Notes under the pieces: model-generated
What the model was told of the DNA's origin: nothing
Seen by the model: only the letters and a program-made list of their open reading frames with translations
Database searches by the model: none
Made by a program: the position numbers and the translations under genes
Source of the DNA: Macrostomum lignano
Lineage: Eukaryota
Length of the DNA: 64,000 nucleotides
Assembly: GCA_002269645.1 (NCBI GenBank)
Contig: NIVC01003664.1
Coordinates: 20,263-84,262 of the forward strand
Direction of reading: 5' to 3'
Shown: one piece after another, positions 13,475-25,682 of the stretch
How the letters are laid out: the number at the start of each line of letters is the position of its first letter
How positions within the stretch are numbered: the stretch's first letter is position 1

Positions 13475-14405
13475 AGTGAGGTGGGTGCAGGAGTGAGGTG
13501 GGTGCAGGAATGAGGTGGGTGCAGGAGTGAGGTGGGTGCAGGAGTGAGGTGGGTGCAGGAATGAGGTGGGTGCAGGAATGAGGTGGGTGCAGGAATGAGG
13601 TGGGTGCAGGAGTGAGGTGGGTGCAGGAGTGAGGTGGGTGCAGGAGTGAGGTGGGTGCAGGAGTGAGGTGGGTGCAGGAGTGAGGTGGGTGCAGGAATGA
13701 GGTGGGTGCAGGAATGAGGTGGGTGCAGGAGTGAGGTGGGTGCAGGAGTGAGGTGGGTGCAGGAGTGAGGTGGGTGCAGGAGTGAGGTGGGTGCAGGAGT
13801 GAGATGGGTGCAGGAGTGAGATGGGTGCAGGAGTGAGATGGGTGCAGGAGTGAGGTGGGTGCAGGAGTGAGGTGGGTGCAGGAGTGAGATGGGTGCAGGA
13901 GTGAGGTGGGTGCAGGAGTGAGGTGGGTGCAGGAGTGAGGTGGGTGCAGGAGTGAGATGGGTGCAGGAGTGAGGTGGGTGCAGGAGTGAGGTGGGTGCAG
14001 GAGTGAGGTGGGTGCAGGAGTGAGGTGGGTGCAGGAGTGAGGTGGGTGCAGGAGTGAGGTGGGTGCAGGAGTGAGATGGGTGCAGGAGTGAGGTGGGTGC
14101 AGGAGTGAGGTGGGTGCAGGAGTGAGGTGGGTGCAGGAGTGAGATGGGTGCAGGAGTGAGGTGGGTGCAGGAGTGAGGTGGGTGCAGGAGTGAGATGGGT
14201 GCAGGAGTGAGATGGGTGCAGGAGTGAGGTGGGTGCAGGAGTGAGGTGGGTACAGGAGTGAGGTGGGTGCAGGAGTGAGGTGGGTGCAGGAATGAGGTGG
14301 GTGCAGGAGTGATATGGGTGCAGGAGTGAGGTGGGTGCAGGAGTGAGGTGGGTGCAGGAGTGAGGTGGGTGCAGGAGTGAGATGGGTATTGCAGTGAGGT
14401 GGAAG
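13475..14405. repeat. 17-bp minisatellite (GGAGTGAGGTGGGTGCA)n
   Basis: About 54 copies. Confidence 0.97.
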
Positions 14406-14687
14406 TGAGAATGGTTTTAGTTCGACACAAAAATTTCTGTCAAATTTCTGCCAAAATTTGGCAAAAGAAGAATTGAATTTGCACTTTAAAGTCAAATTTT
14501 AATCAGCAAAAGCTCGCAGAGCATTGAGAAAAAAAGCAAAAAAAAACTTGGACCATGAACAGTCCACTTCCCGTAGTCGTGTATTTGCGGTTGCAAAATT
14601 ACCAGTGAAAAAAATTTGTTCAAACCCAACTGATCAAAAAACGCATTTTTATACGAGATGTAAAAAACGGACGGACGCCTGCGCGGG

Positions 14688-15137
14688 TCACCAGGTCGAT
14701 GCGAATGGCTGCCGCAGCTCGACACAGTGCCTCTGCCGCGCCTGGCTCAGCTGAGCAATCTGCTGATCGTCCTTCTGCTCCAGCAGGTCGCAGCACTGCC
14801 GCTTCCAGGCTCTGGCCATCTCGCGCCACCTGACCGCTTCGCATTTCCACTGCCTGGCCGCCTCTCTGCAGCGCTGCGTCTCCCGGTGCCAGTCAGTCAG
14901 CTGCTCCCGCGCTTTGCGCAGCTCCGCCTGCGTCAGGCCGCTCCGCTCCCGCCAGTGGCTGGCGCTGCGCGCCGCCTCAAAAGTCTGCTGCTGAAGACTG
15001 AGCGCCTCCCTGCGCCACTTCTCCCGGCTTCGCTTCCACCGGTGGATGCAGTCCTTCCAGTTGACGCTGTCCGACTGCAGCTGCTGCCGATGCTCCTGGA
15101 GGTCGTCGACAGGGCCGCAGTAGTCCGGCTCGAACAT
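14688..15137 (-). CDS. Orphan 149-aa Trp-heptad coiled-coil protein
   Basis: ATG-initiated, GC-rich ORF like the exons of the neighbouring genes, with no tandem DNA repeat. It is rich in R/E/Q/A/W, with W at 27, 34, 41, 62, 83, 97, 104 and 111. A possible 5' UTR donor (ACG|GTAAG) lies at about 15320. Confidence 0.65.
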   Translation of the reverse strand: MFEPDYCGPVDDLQEHRQQLQSDSVNWKDCIHRWKRSREKWRREALSLQQQTFEAARSASHWRERSGLTQAELRKAREQLTDWHRETQRCREAARQWKCEAVRWREMARAWKRQCCDLLEQKDDQQIAQLSQARQRHCVELRQPFASTW

Positions 15138-15464
15138 TGCTGCGATGGCACTTCAGCTGTTTCAGTCTAATGAAAATGGCTGCACAGTGAGGGAGTTCCT
15201 GTCGGCCGTTTTGCGCTGCCTATCGCTGATTAATTCACATCTGGCTGCAGATTGACAGCTCTGGCTTCTCAGGGAAACACTTTTAGCCATAGACTAAAAT
15301 AGAGGGCTGCAAAAACTTACCGTGCCTTTGGTATTTATTCTTCTGGAATCTCTTTGGCCGATTTTCTTATCAAGTATCCATGTTAATTAGCCGTCCATGG
15401 CTGAGCCAGCGAGTTGCGTCTTAATATATATTTGAGATTCTGAGTTTAAATTTTAGCTCTGGGT

Positions 15465-15695
15465 TTGGGATGCTAGGTTGGGATTCTGGATTGGGATTCT
15501 GAATTGGGATTGTAGATTGGGATTCTGGATTGGGATTCTGGATTAGGATTCTGGATTGGGATTCTGGATTGGGATTCTTGATGGGGATTCTGGATGGGGA
15601 TTCTGGATTGGGATTCTGGATGGGGATTCTGGATGGGGATTCTGGATGGGGATTCTGGATGGGGATTCTGGATTGGGATTCTGGATTGGGATTTA
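15465..15695. repeat. 12-13-bp minisatellite (GGGATTCTGGAT[T/G])n
   Basis: Seen directly. Confidence 0.92.
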
Positions 15696-16288
15696 GAACC
15701 GTAGGTTAGTGTTTTTGATTTAAACATATTGTTCGCATTTCACAGCATTTGGGATGCACGAAAAACCATTGAGATAAAATCAAAGCCATTATTTAATGTG
15801 ATTCAAATTGATTAAGGAAAAGCATAATCTTAAAATAATATTATTATTTTATTTAAATATAATTTCGAACTTTGAAAATGATTCAAAATATAAATAAATG
15901 GATTAAGAAGGGCGCTTTATTGCGAATGGTGGCTGTCTGGGGAATCAACAAAAGGCGGAACACGACAGAATCAAACTTATTACGTAATAAAGAAAATTCA
16001 ACGATTCAACTAAGTAAGGAGCGGTGAAAATGAAGTTGTCCGCAACAAAACAACCAAGTACTACAGTTGGACAGAAATATTACATAAAAAGCTAATATGT
16101 CTACTAACAGCAGTCTGTAGCGATTTTTTATCAACAAAGTGCAATAACAGTTGAAATCAACCCGCTGCATCCATTGCCAGCCAATAGGAAATTAAAATGC
16201 GCGAAAGTTTGCTAAAGTTCGAAAGTTCGATTCCTAGTGCAGTCACATTAATTTTGGGGCTAAATTGGAATCTCGGCTTGGCTCTGCT

Positions 16289-16562
16289 CGTGCAATTAAC
16301 GGTCTTGAGGGTCAACTCCCAAGGCACAGTGAAGTGTACATGCTTAGCCGATGTACACCCTGAGTGAGCGTGTGTACAAGTGCGTGCCTGCGAACAGTCC
16401 TTCGGCGACATCGTCACACAACCAGCGCTGTAGACAAGCGCGCCAATACTGAACGCAGGCGCGCACTCATACACACGATCACTCAGGGTGTACATCGGCC
16501 AAGCATGTACACTCTCTGTGCCCTGGGGGGGGGGGTTGACCCTCATGACCGTGAATTGCACG
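16289..16562. mobile_element. Palindromic MITE-like element with ~115-bp arms, dispersed family
   Basis: The left arm GGCACAGTGAAGTGTACATGCTTAGCCGATGTACACCCTGAGTGAGCGTGTGT is the imperfect reverse complement of the right arm. Homologous pieces lie at about 45400-45459 (+) and 50130-50330 (-). Confidence 0.7.
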
Positions 16563-16635
16563 ACAACCCAACAGCCAATTTGCACACAAGCCCCAAAATA
16601 ACCCAACAGTGACGCTCTGGAGTTGCTGCTCCTGG

Positions 16636-19600
16636 TTAAGCCAAGTTCAGCACGACAGTCTTGAGGTTGAGGTACTCCTCGATGCCGTAGCCCACGCCGG
16701 ACTCGCTGCCCAGCCCCGACTCGTTCCAGCCTCCGAACGGGGCGATGCAGGAGCTCACCATGGACTCGTTGACCCCGACCATGCCAACATTGAGCTGCTC
16801 CGCCACTCGCCAGCACTGTCCGACATCGGCCGAGTAGAAATAACCGGCCAGCCCCACTCGACAGTCGTTCGCCAGTTCGACAACATCCGCCTCGCTGTCG
16901 AACTCGAACGCGGCAACAAGCGGGCCGAAAATCTCCTCGCGAAAGCAGGCGGAGTCGCGGCCCAGGCCCGACACCACCGTCGGTTGGAAAAAGTGGCCGG
17001 CGCCGCTGCCGACCTTGACCGACTGGCCGCCGGCGAGCACCCGGCCGCCGCGCTGCTTGGCGTCAGCCAGGAGCCGCTCCAGCTTCGACTCGGCGGCCGC
17101 GTTGATCAGCGGGCCCAGTTGAGTGCCCGCCTGCACGGTTGGGGGAGGGGTTGGTGCAATTCCCCCCTCTGACCGCTTGTGCAATTCCCCCTCTGACCGC
17201 TTGTGCGATTCCCCCTCTGACCGCTTGTGCAATTCCCCTCTGACCCCTTATCAAATTCTCCTTGATTGCTTGTGCTAAATTGCTTCCTCATGAGGCCGTG
17301 AGCACTTGAGGCAATTCCCCAGCAACCCAACAGCCAACAAACCTCGAAGCCATCGCCAACTTTCATTTCGGCAACCCGTTCGCACAGCTTAGCCAGAAAC
17401 TTTTGGCTAACGCGGCGCTGCAAGAAAATCCGGTTGGGACAAACGCAAGTCTGGCCCGTGTTGCGAAATTTGGCCTGAATGAGGCCAGCCACCTGCGGTG
17501 AATAGGGGGAAATGTTTTGCTAGAAATAAATTTGTTCAGACAGTGATAACTTGAAATTTGATACGAGGTAAACAAAAAATTATAGTTTTTTTCCGTCTTT
17601 GACAAGTTATACATACTTGAAAACAGTGTAAACATTGCAGAGATGGTGGAAGTTTCGAGCCTATGTGAAGATTTTAGATTGTGTGAAGATTTGAGTTTCT
17701 GAAGATTTGAGTTTGTGTGAAGATTTGAGTTTCTGAAGATTTGAGTTTGTGTGAAGATTTGAGTTTGTGTGAAGATTTGAGTTTTGTGAAGATTTGAGTT
17801 TTGTGAAGATTTAAGTTTGTGTGAAGATTTTAATTTTTGTGAAAATTAGAGTTTGTGTGAAAATTTGAGCTTGTGTGAAGATTTTTGTGTGAAGATTAGA
17901 ATTTGTGTGAAGATTTGAGTTTGTGTGAAGATTTGAGTTTGTGTGAAGATTCGAGCTTGTGTGAAGATTTGAGTTTGTGTGAAGATTTGAGTTTGTGTGA
18001 AGATTTGAGTTTGTGTGAAGATTTAAGTTTGTGTGAAAATTTGAATTTATGTGAAGATTCGAGCTTGTGTGAAGATTTGAGCTTGTGTGAAGATTAGAGC
18101 TTGTGTGAAGATTTGAGTTTGTGTGAAGATTTGAGCTTGTGTGAAGATTTGAGCTTGTGTGAAGATTTGAGTTTGTGTGAAGATTAGAGCTTGTGTGAAG
18201 ATTTTGGGCTTGTGTGGAGATTTGAGCTTTTTGTGAAGATTTGAGCTTGTGTGAAGATTCGAGCTTGTGTGAAGATTATAGCTTGTGTGAAGATTTGAGT
18301 TTGTGTAAAGATTTGAGTTTGTGTGAAGATTTGAGTTTGTGTAAAGAAAAACATCCCTCCCCCCCAAAAAATCTCACAGCCTTGTCAACATCGGCCGAAT
18401 CGAACACAATAAACGGAGCATTGCCGCCGAGCTCCATAGTGACTCGCTTCACCGTACTGGAGGCCTGTGCCAGCAGCAGCTTGCCCGTGTCCGTGCTGCC
18501 GGTGAAGCTCACGTGCTTCACGGCCGGGTCGGTGGTCAGAACTCGGCCAACTTCGGCAGCTCGGCTTCGCGAGCACGTGACCACATTGAGGGCACCTGGC
18601 GGCAGCAGGGCGTCGGCGGCCAGTTGGCACAGGGCCAGGGCCGTCAGCGGTGTGTCCTCGGCCGGCTTGATCACCACCGTGCAGCCGGCGGCGAGGGCGG
18701 CGCCAGCCTTCCGGGTGATCATGGCGGCGGGGAAATTCCACGGGGTGATCATGCCGCACACGCCTGCGGTTGGGGTTCAGGGGAGGTCAAGCTCTAGGTA
18801 AGGCGCCAGTGACCCAGTGACAGGTCAGGCACACCAGTAACCCAATGACAGGTCAGGCACACCAGTGACCCAATGACAGGTCAGGCACACCAGTAACCCA
18901 ATGACAGGTCAGGCACATCAGTGACCCAATGACAGGTCAGGCACATCAGTGACCCAATGACAGGTCAGGCACATCAGTGACCCAATGACAGGTCAGGCAC
19001 ATCAGTGACCCAATGACAGGTCAGGCACACCAGTAACCCAATGACAGGTCAGGCACACCAGTGACCCAATGACAGGTCAGGCACACCAGTGACCCAATGA
19101 CAGGTCAGGCACACCAGTAACCCAATGACAGGTCAGGCACACCAGTGACCCAATGACAGGTCAGGCACATCAGTGACCCAATGACAGGTCAGGCACACCA
19201 GTAACCCAATGACAGGTCAGGCACACCAGTGACCCAATGACAGGTCAGGCACACCAGTGACCCAATGACAGGTCAGGCACACCACTGACCCAATGACAGG
19301 TCAGGCACACCAGTGACCCAATGACAGGTCAGGCACACCACTGACCCAATGACAGGTCAGGCACACCAGTGACCCAATGACAGGTCAGGCACACCAGTGA
19401 CCCAATGACAGGTCAGGCACACCAGTGACCCAATGACAGGTCAGGCACACCAGTGACCCAATGACAGGTCAGGCACACCAGTGACCCAATGACAGGTCAG
19501 GCACACCACTGACCCAATGACAGGTCAGGCACACCAGTGACCCAATGACAGGTCAGGCACACTGACCCAATCAAGTCAAGGAAGGCGCTGCACAAAGCAA

Positions 19601-21126
19601 TGCCTGATTTGACTCACCCTGCGGCTGCTTGAGCGTGAAAATTCGCTTGTCAGGCGTCGGGCCCTGCAGAGTCTGGCCGGTGACCCGAATGCCCTCTTCG
19701 GCGAACCAGCGAATAAAGGAGGCACCGTAGGCGACCTCGCCGCGAGATTCGGCGAGCGGCTTGCCGTTCTCCAGGGTCATGAGAGCGGCCAGGTCCTCGC
19801 AGCGGTCCTGGATCAGGCGCTCCCAGCTGTGCAGAAGAGCAGCTCGCTGAGATGGCGTCTTGCCGCGCCAGGCTTCAAATGCAACCTGCGGGGAGCCGAG
19901 TGACAGATGCGAGCTGCGGGTGGAGCTGCAGACTTTTCTTGTACATTAATTTATTAACTGATGGTTTTCACTTTGAGTTCACTTTGACTCCTAACTTGAC
20001 CATCTGTCACTCCTAATTGGACCATCTGTCCCTCCTAATTTGACAAGCTGTCACTCTTAATTTCAGAATCTGTCACTCCTGATTAGAACATCTGTTACTC
20101 CTGATTTGACAAGCTACTCTTAATTTAAGAGTCTGTCACTTCTAATTAGACAAGCTGTCACTCCTAATTAGACAAGATGTCACTCCTAATTTGACAAGCT
20201 GTCACTCCTAATTAGACAAGATGTCACTCCTAATTAGACAAGCTGTCACTCCTAATTAGACAAGCTGTCACTCCTAATTAGACAAGATGTCACTCCTAAT
20301 TTGACAAGCTGTCACTCTTAATTTCAGAATCTGTCACTCCTGATTTGACCAGCTGTCACTTTTTATTTCAGAATCTGTCACTTCTAATTAGACAAGCTGT
20401 CACTCTTCATTTCAGAGTCTGTGACTCCTAATTACACAAGCTGTCACTCCTAATTTGACAAGCTGTCACTCCTAATTTCAGAATCTGTCCCTCCTGATTA
20501 GACCACCTGCCACTCCTAATTTCAGAGTCTGTCACTCCTAATTGAAACCCTCTGTCACTCCTAATTTGACAATCGGTCACTTCTAATTTGAAAAGCTGTC
20601 ACACCTAATTTAGGAGTCTTTCACTCCTAATAAGACAAGCTGTCACTCTTTATTTCAGAATCTGTAACTCCTAATTAGACAAGCTGTCACTCCTGATTTG
20701 ACAAGCTGTCACTCTTAATTTAAGAGTCTGTCACTCCTAATTAGACAAGCTGTCTCTCCTAATTTGAAAATCTCTCACTCCTAATTGAACAATCCGTCAC
20801 TCCTAATTTGACAATCTGTCACTTAATACTTTATCGCAAAAGGGCTACTCAAGTACAAGATAGAAGTAATATTAACACCAAATAATCACCTGAGCATGCG
20901 CAATGGCGGCTGTTGCATCAGCAGCTCCCATGTCTGGCACCTTGCAGACAAGTTCCCCATTTGCCGGATTGTAGACTGGGAAGCTCTCTCCATTGGCTGC
21001 ATTCACCCATTGGCCATTGACAAAGGCTTTCTCACGCAGCAGGCTTTTGTAAGATGATGACGACATTGCGCGACTAGATAGGCTTAGAAGAGTTCTAGCA
21101 ATCTGTGAACTTAGAAGCAAGCGCAT
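16636..21126 (-). CDS. ALDH5A1: Succinate-semialdehyde dehydrogenase, mitochondrial (ALDH5A1-like), 511 aa
   Basis: Exons 21126-20890, 19885-19618, 18763-18378, 17492-17343 and 17130-16636 are all GT-AG and phase-compatible. The protein has an R/S/L-rich presequence, ITPWNFP, MITRK, KPAEDTP, FTGST, catalytic ELGGNAP and [11 protein letters not shown], and EEIFGP. Confidence 0.95.
17155..17243. repeat. 24-bp repeat in SSADH intron 4
   Basis: (GACCGCTTGTGCAATTCCCCCTCT) about 3.5 copies. Confidence 0.85.
17660..18345. repeat. 18-bp minisatellite (GTGTGAAGATTTGAGTTT)n in SSADH intron 3
   Basis: Seen directly. Accounts for the LCEDLS ORFs. Confidence 0.95.
18810..19570. repeat. 28-bp minisatellite (GACCCAATGACAGGTCAGGCACACCAGT)n in SSADH intron 2
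   Basis: About 27 copies. Confidence 0.97.
20000..20825. repeat. Degenerate ~20-21-bp minisatellite (GACAAGCTGTCACTCCTAATT)n in SSADH intron 1
   Basis: Recurrent TGTCACTCCTAATT core. Confidence 0.9.
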
Positions 21127-23324
21127 AGCTACAAAAAAGGAAGAAATCAGGGAGGACACTAAAGCTCAGAAACAATTTTGATAACATTTTTTAATTTAAA
21201 TCTTTGATATCCTGCATAAAAGCAAGTATACTTCCTTATTGGTGTCAAGAATATTTGATACAATTCAATCTTCATTAAAAAAATAGTTTACAAGTCATTT
21301 TGATCATGATAAAAGCTATTATAGTTTTCCAAAAGCACAAAAAATAGTATTTAATAGATCAGCTTTGTTCAATACTTAGTTCTATGCCAATTTTCCAAAA
21401 CCTCATTTAGGATTCACATTACTATTAAATATCTAAATTCCTAATGAATTTGATTACACTAAATTTTATTATATTATAAGTCTATTGAATCAGTATTATA
21501 ATATTACTTGAAATGGTTAAAATTAAAAAAGATAAAATTTGATTGATAAAAAAATCAACAATTATCTATAAGTTATGAAAAGAAATAGCTAGCAAAAATA
21601 GTTTGTCTAAAATATCTTTGCATTCATATTTTCATATTTTTAGATATGAAAATATATTCCTTTAAAGAGAAAAATTGAATGGCTAAGCCTAAAAACTCTG
21701 GATAGCAGGAAGGACTAAAACAAATTAAAAAAATCAAAGTAATTAAAATTTCTTAAATGTATTTAGACTTCTAAGACATCAGTTAAATTAAAATAGAACA
21801 TAAAATATTTATGCAGAAATATTGACACAACTATCCAGAAGTCTAGGGAAAATGCAGATGTACAAAGAAAATAAAAATTAAATAAGAATTTATACTTAAC
21901 TAATTGAATTCAAATATAATTTAATTAAACTAGTAGATTTGTATCTTAATAATAAGCTCACCTGTTCGAGTTTTCCAAATTAAGGCTAAACTGTCTTTGA
22001 TATGGTTGATTGAATTTACGATTTTTTGCCTAAACAAATTAGCAAAGCAGTCAAAAAATTACAAACTAAATAAATTATAGTTTTATTTTAATCTTAAGTC
22101 ACTATAGGAAAAGTTTTCAGGTCCGCATTTGTAAACCATGATAGAAATTTCTGCTTTGTGTAGTTAACTATAAGTCGCGGTTCATGGAAAATTTATTGTT
22201 CGTGCGACAATCCGAACTCGAGCCAAATCATATACTATAATAAATTTTATTGCAACCTATACATATTGCAACATTCCAAGCTGCTGAATATTATTTTTCT
22301 TTTGCGTTAGCTATAACTTTTGTGGATCAATGGGGCAGGAACTACTGGAAGTCAAAATGTTGTTACAATGGTCTTAGCCTAGCCAACGGTCTCTACTGGT
22401 ACGACACCAGGATGTAATTTTCATTGATAATGACTTTTGATGCTGGCAGGAGGCCCTAAAATTAAATTTTCTGTCACAAAGATAAAATCATGTATAATAT
22501 AGCCGAAAGTTAAAGATTCAAAATCGCTTGGAATTTTCATGCAAGAAGACGATTATAAAATCATTGATCGAATAGATAAAGCAATAAAGTAATAGTTAAG
22601 TAGCAAAATTTAGATAAAAACAAACCGTTTAATCAAATTTTAGTAAGCAAAACTGATTTTTAAACCAACGTCTATAGTTACCAATGAAGATAGACTGAAT
22701 GACTGAATAGACTGATAGGTTGAATGTATGAATACTATATACAACAAATTAAATCGATCAAGAGCTTGTACACGATAAAATGCAACTTTAAAGTAAACTC
22801 TAAAATGATAATAGTTATACACTTCAGCTTACCATAATTGAAGAGTTCGTAAGCGGCTGCTCGGTAGGGGGCCCAAATCAAGCAAAATTTCTTTTGGAGC
22901 TACCATTATATATAACTGCACTTGTAGAAGGCCAAATAAAAAACAAAGCATTCACACAGCGGCTCAACACACGTCCATTATCTTATCTACACTCATGTAC
23001 ATCTACGAGTAATTTCGCTATGCGAACCGAAAATGTACTGTTCCTCATTTTGATAAAGTATGCATTTTATGCGCACATTGCATTATCTTTAGAAGCTTCT
23101 TTCAGGGACAGCTAGGAGTTACTAGATTCGATTGGACGCAACATGCCCCACGATTCATTCGAAAATTGCAAAACTGCTTTGACTTTAGAGGTATTTTGCT
23201 CTACAGTTCTAAACGACATAGCATGCATAATGTACATGTAGCTGCACGTACTGGAACAAAACCTTGAGTTATTAACTGCGCGGGTTTAAATTTTTTGAGA
23301 GGTGGGCAGACAACAAACTGACAG

Positions 23325-23562
<238 letters not shown>

Positions 23563-25682
23563 CTAGTTCATTCCAGTTACAGTATATAGACCGACATGTA
23601 GATCATTTCGGCCATGACAGAACCACATCCTACATAGAGCTATCCAGTTTATTCCCGTCATCATAAAGACCTACTAAATAATTTCCCGAGTTTATTTTAG
23701 ACTCGATCATAGAAACCATAGAAATAGAAACAGTCACAAGAAGCTACTTTGGATGCGACATGTTTGCGTGGGTATAAAAAAAAATAACCCTTTTTATAAG
23801 CTTTAAAATAATTTCGAAACTATATATTTCATTACAGTTTAGTTTCGAGCTTTGTGAAGCGACCAAACTTGAATATATAATATGAGATGCAGTTGAGACG
23901 TACGAACGTCGTTTTCTGTCGATGTAATGTAAAAGTACATATTGGTCAGCAACGTCGATAGCTAGAGACAATCCGACGTCGAATTGCTGTACAGGTTTAA
24001 AAAGTTTGACAGCTATAAAATGTACTTTCATCAAGCCTAAAAGTTTCACAAAGTATATCTTGTAGAACATTCTTGAGTCGTTATTTGCAACATTAGTTAG
24101 GGAAGTATTCTAAATAGAACTGAACTAATGCATACATGTAGCTCGTACATTATATCGTCCCGCTCAAGGCGATCGATCGTTTGTCGATTAAGGACTACTC
24201 AAGTAACATATATACTTAAGTTGTCCTTGTTGTCGAATTGAATAAAGAATTTATTGTGGTTGGCAGTCAAGCACATGAGACACAAGCCTCACTCTCAGGA
24301 AGTGAAGTTTGCCATTTCTTTAATTTAGCATGTACATGTACAACATGTTACTCTGAATTGCAATTTGTATACATGTAGTTGTGTAGTGAAAGTTGTTTTT
24401 CATATTACTTTCTTTTTATTTCATAAGCCCAAGCCAAAGTTGCAAATGCTCACAAATGAAATTTTTGTTTTGCTCCTTACTTCTTTAAGTGCAAGTACGA
24501 GTATACTAGAATTAAATTTGTTGCATACTCCAGATCAAATGCAATCAAAAGATTTTGTGATGAAAAAATCATTATTCCGATCTTTACGTGTACCTTTTTT
24601 CCAGAAAATTGTTGGCCTCCTATAAATTACATGCATTGTACACGATATTTTAGTTTTACGTCCTCTTATACTAGTGGTCCAGCTTGATTTGAAACTTGTG
24701 ACTAGCATGTACGCGTTGTACAAACGAGTATTTGTATGTAAATGTACTAAAGCGACATGCATGAATTAATAGCCTACCGCGATGCATACCCCTTGCATGT
24801 ATACACATGTAGAACTGATCAGGAATATTATACCAACCTTGTACAAGAAAAATATAAATTTGATATGCATGCATTTTACTATCAAAACGTTTTGATCGGG
24901 TAAATCTCTTTATTAAGACTCACTGAGCATTGCAGGGCAGGCAATGAAGACAAAATCTGCCTCGCGTAGCTAAATGCGCTGCAGGAAATTAAAAAAGCAT
25001 TGTGGGCCCCCACAAGGCTTTGCCCGGGCAAACCTCGGCGGGAAAAAACTTGGTGTGCAGCTCTGCGGGCAAATCTCGACGCGACGGGCAATTCGTCTGC
25101 GTGGGCAATTCTCATGGACCAAGTTGCAGCTTTGTGTCAATCACATATGCAAAATGAACTTATATAACTATTCGATGCAACACCAGATCAATGGCCATAT
25201 ATATAATACGTGTTTTGACTACATGTACATGTACTGTAAGCTCTGCATACTGCATATACATCAATAGAAGGTTTAATTAGGTAGAGACCAAGCATATATG
25301 CTCCGAAACAAAGTTAATCCAAAGGATCAAAATGAAAACGTCTTTATTTCGCATTCCTTAGTCTTTTTGGAGTTACGATTTATCCTGTACAATTCGTAAA
25401 AGTTAACCTATTATCTCTAAAAAGCCAAGCCGAAAGTTTTAAATTTAAACAAATAAAAAGACCTACTTATTTTGGATCAAAAAAGCCCAGCCAATAAATT
25501 ATTACTTATGTACTAAAAGCGCTTTTTGATTGTGTAAAATAAATAAATAAAAACACTTTTTGACATTTAGTGAGTATGTTGTTATCTTCAACTTCTAATA
25601 ATCAAATAGTTTTTTACAGGTTTGTTGTTTGAGTCTCGAGATCGTCTTTCAAAATAGAATTTTGACCAACTGAAACTGCAGC

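Noticed and set aside
11629-14495. His/Pro/Thr-rich ORFs of 279-372 aa
   Set aside because: Translations of the 16-bp and 17-bp arrays.
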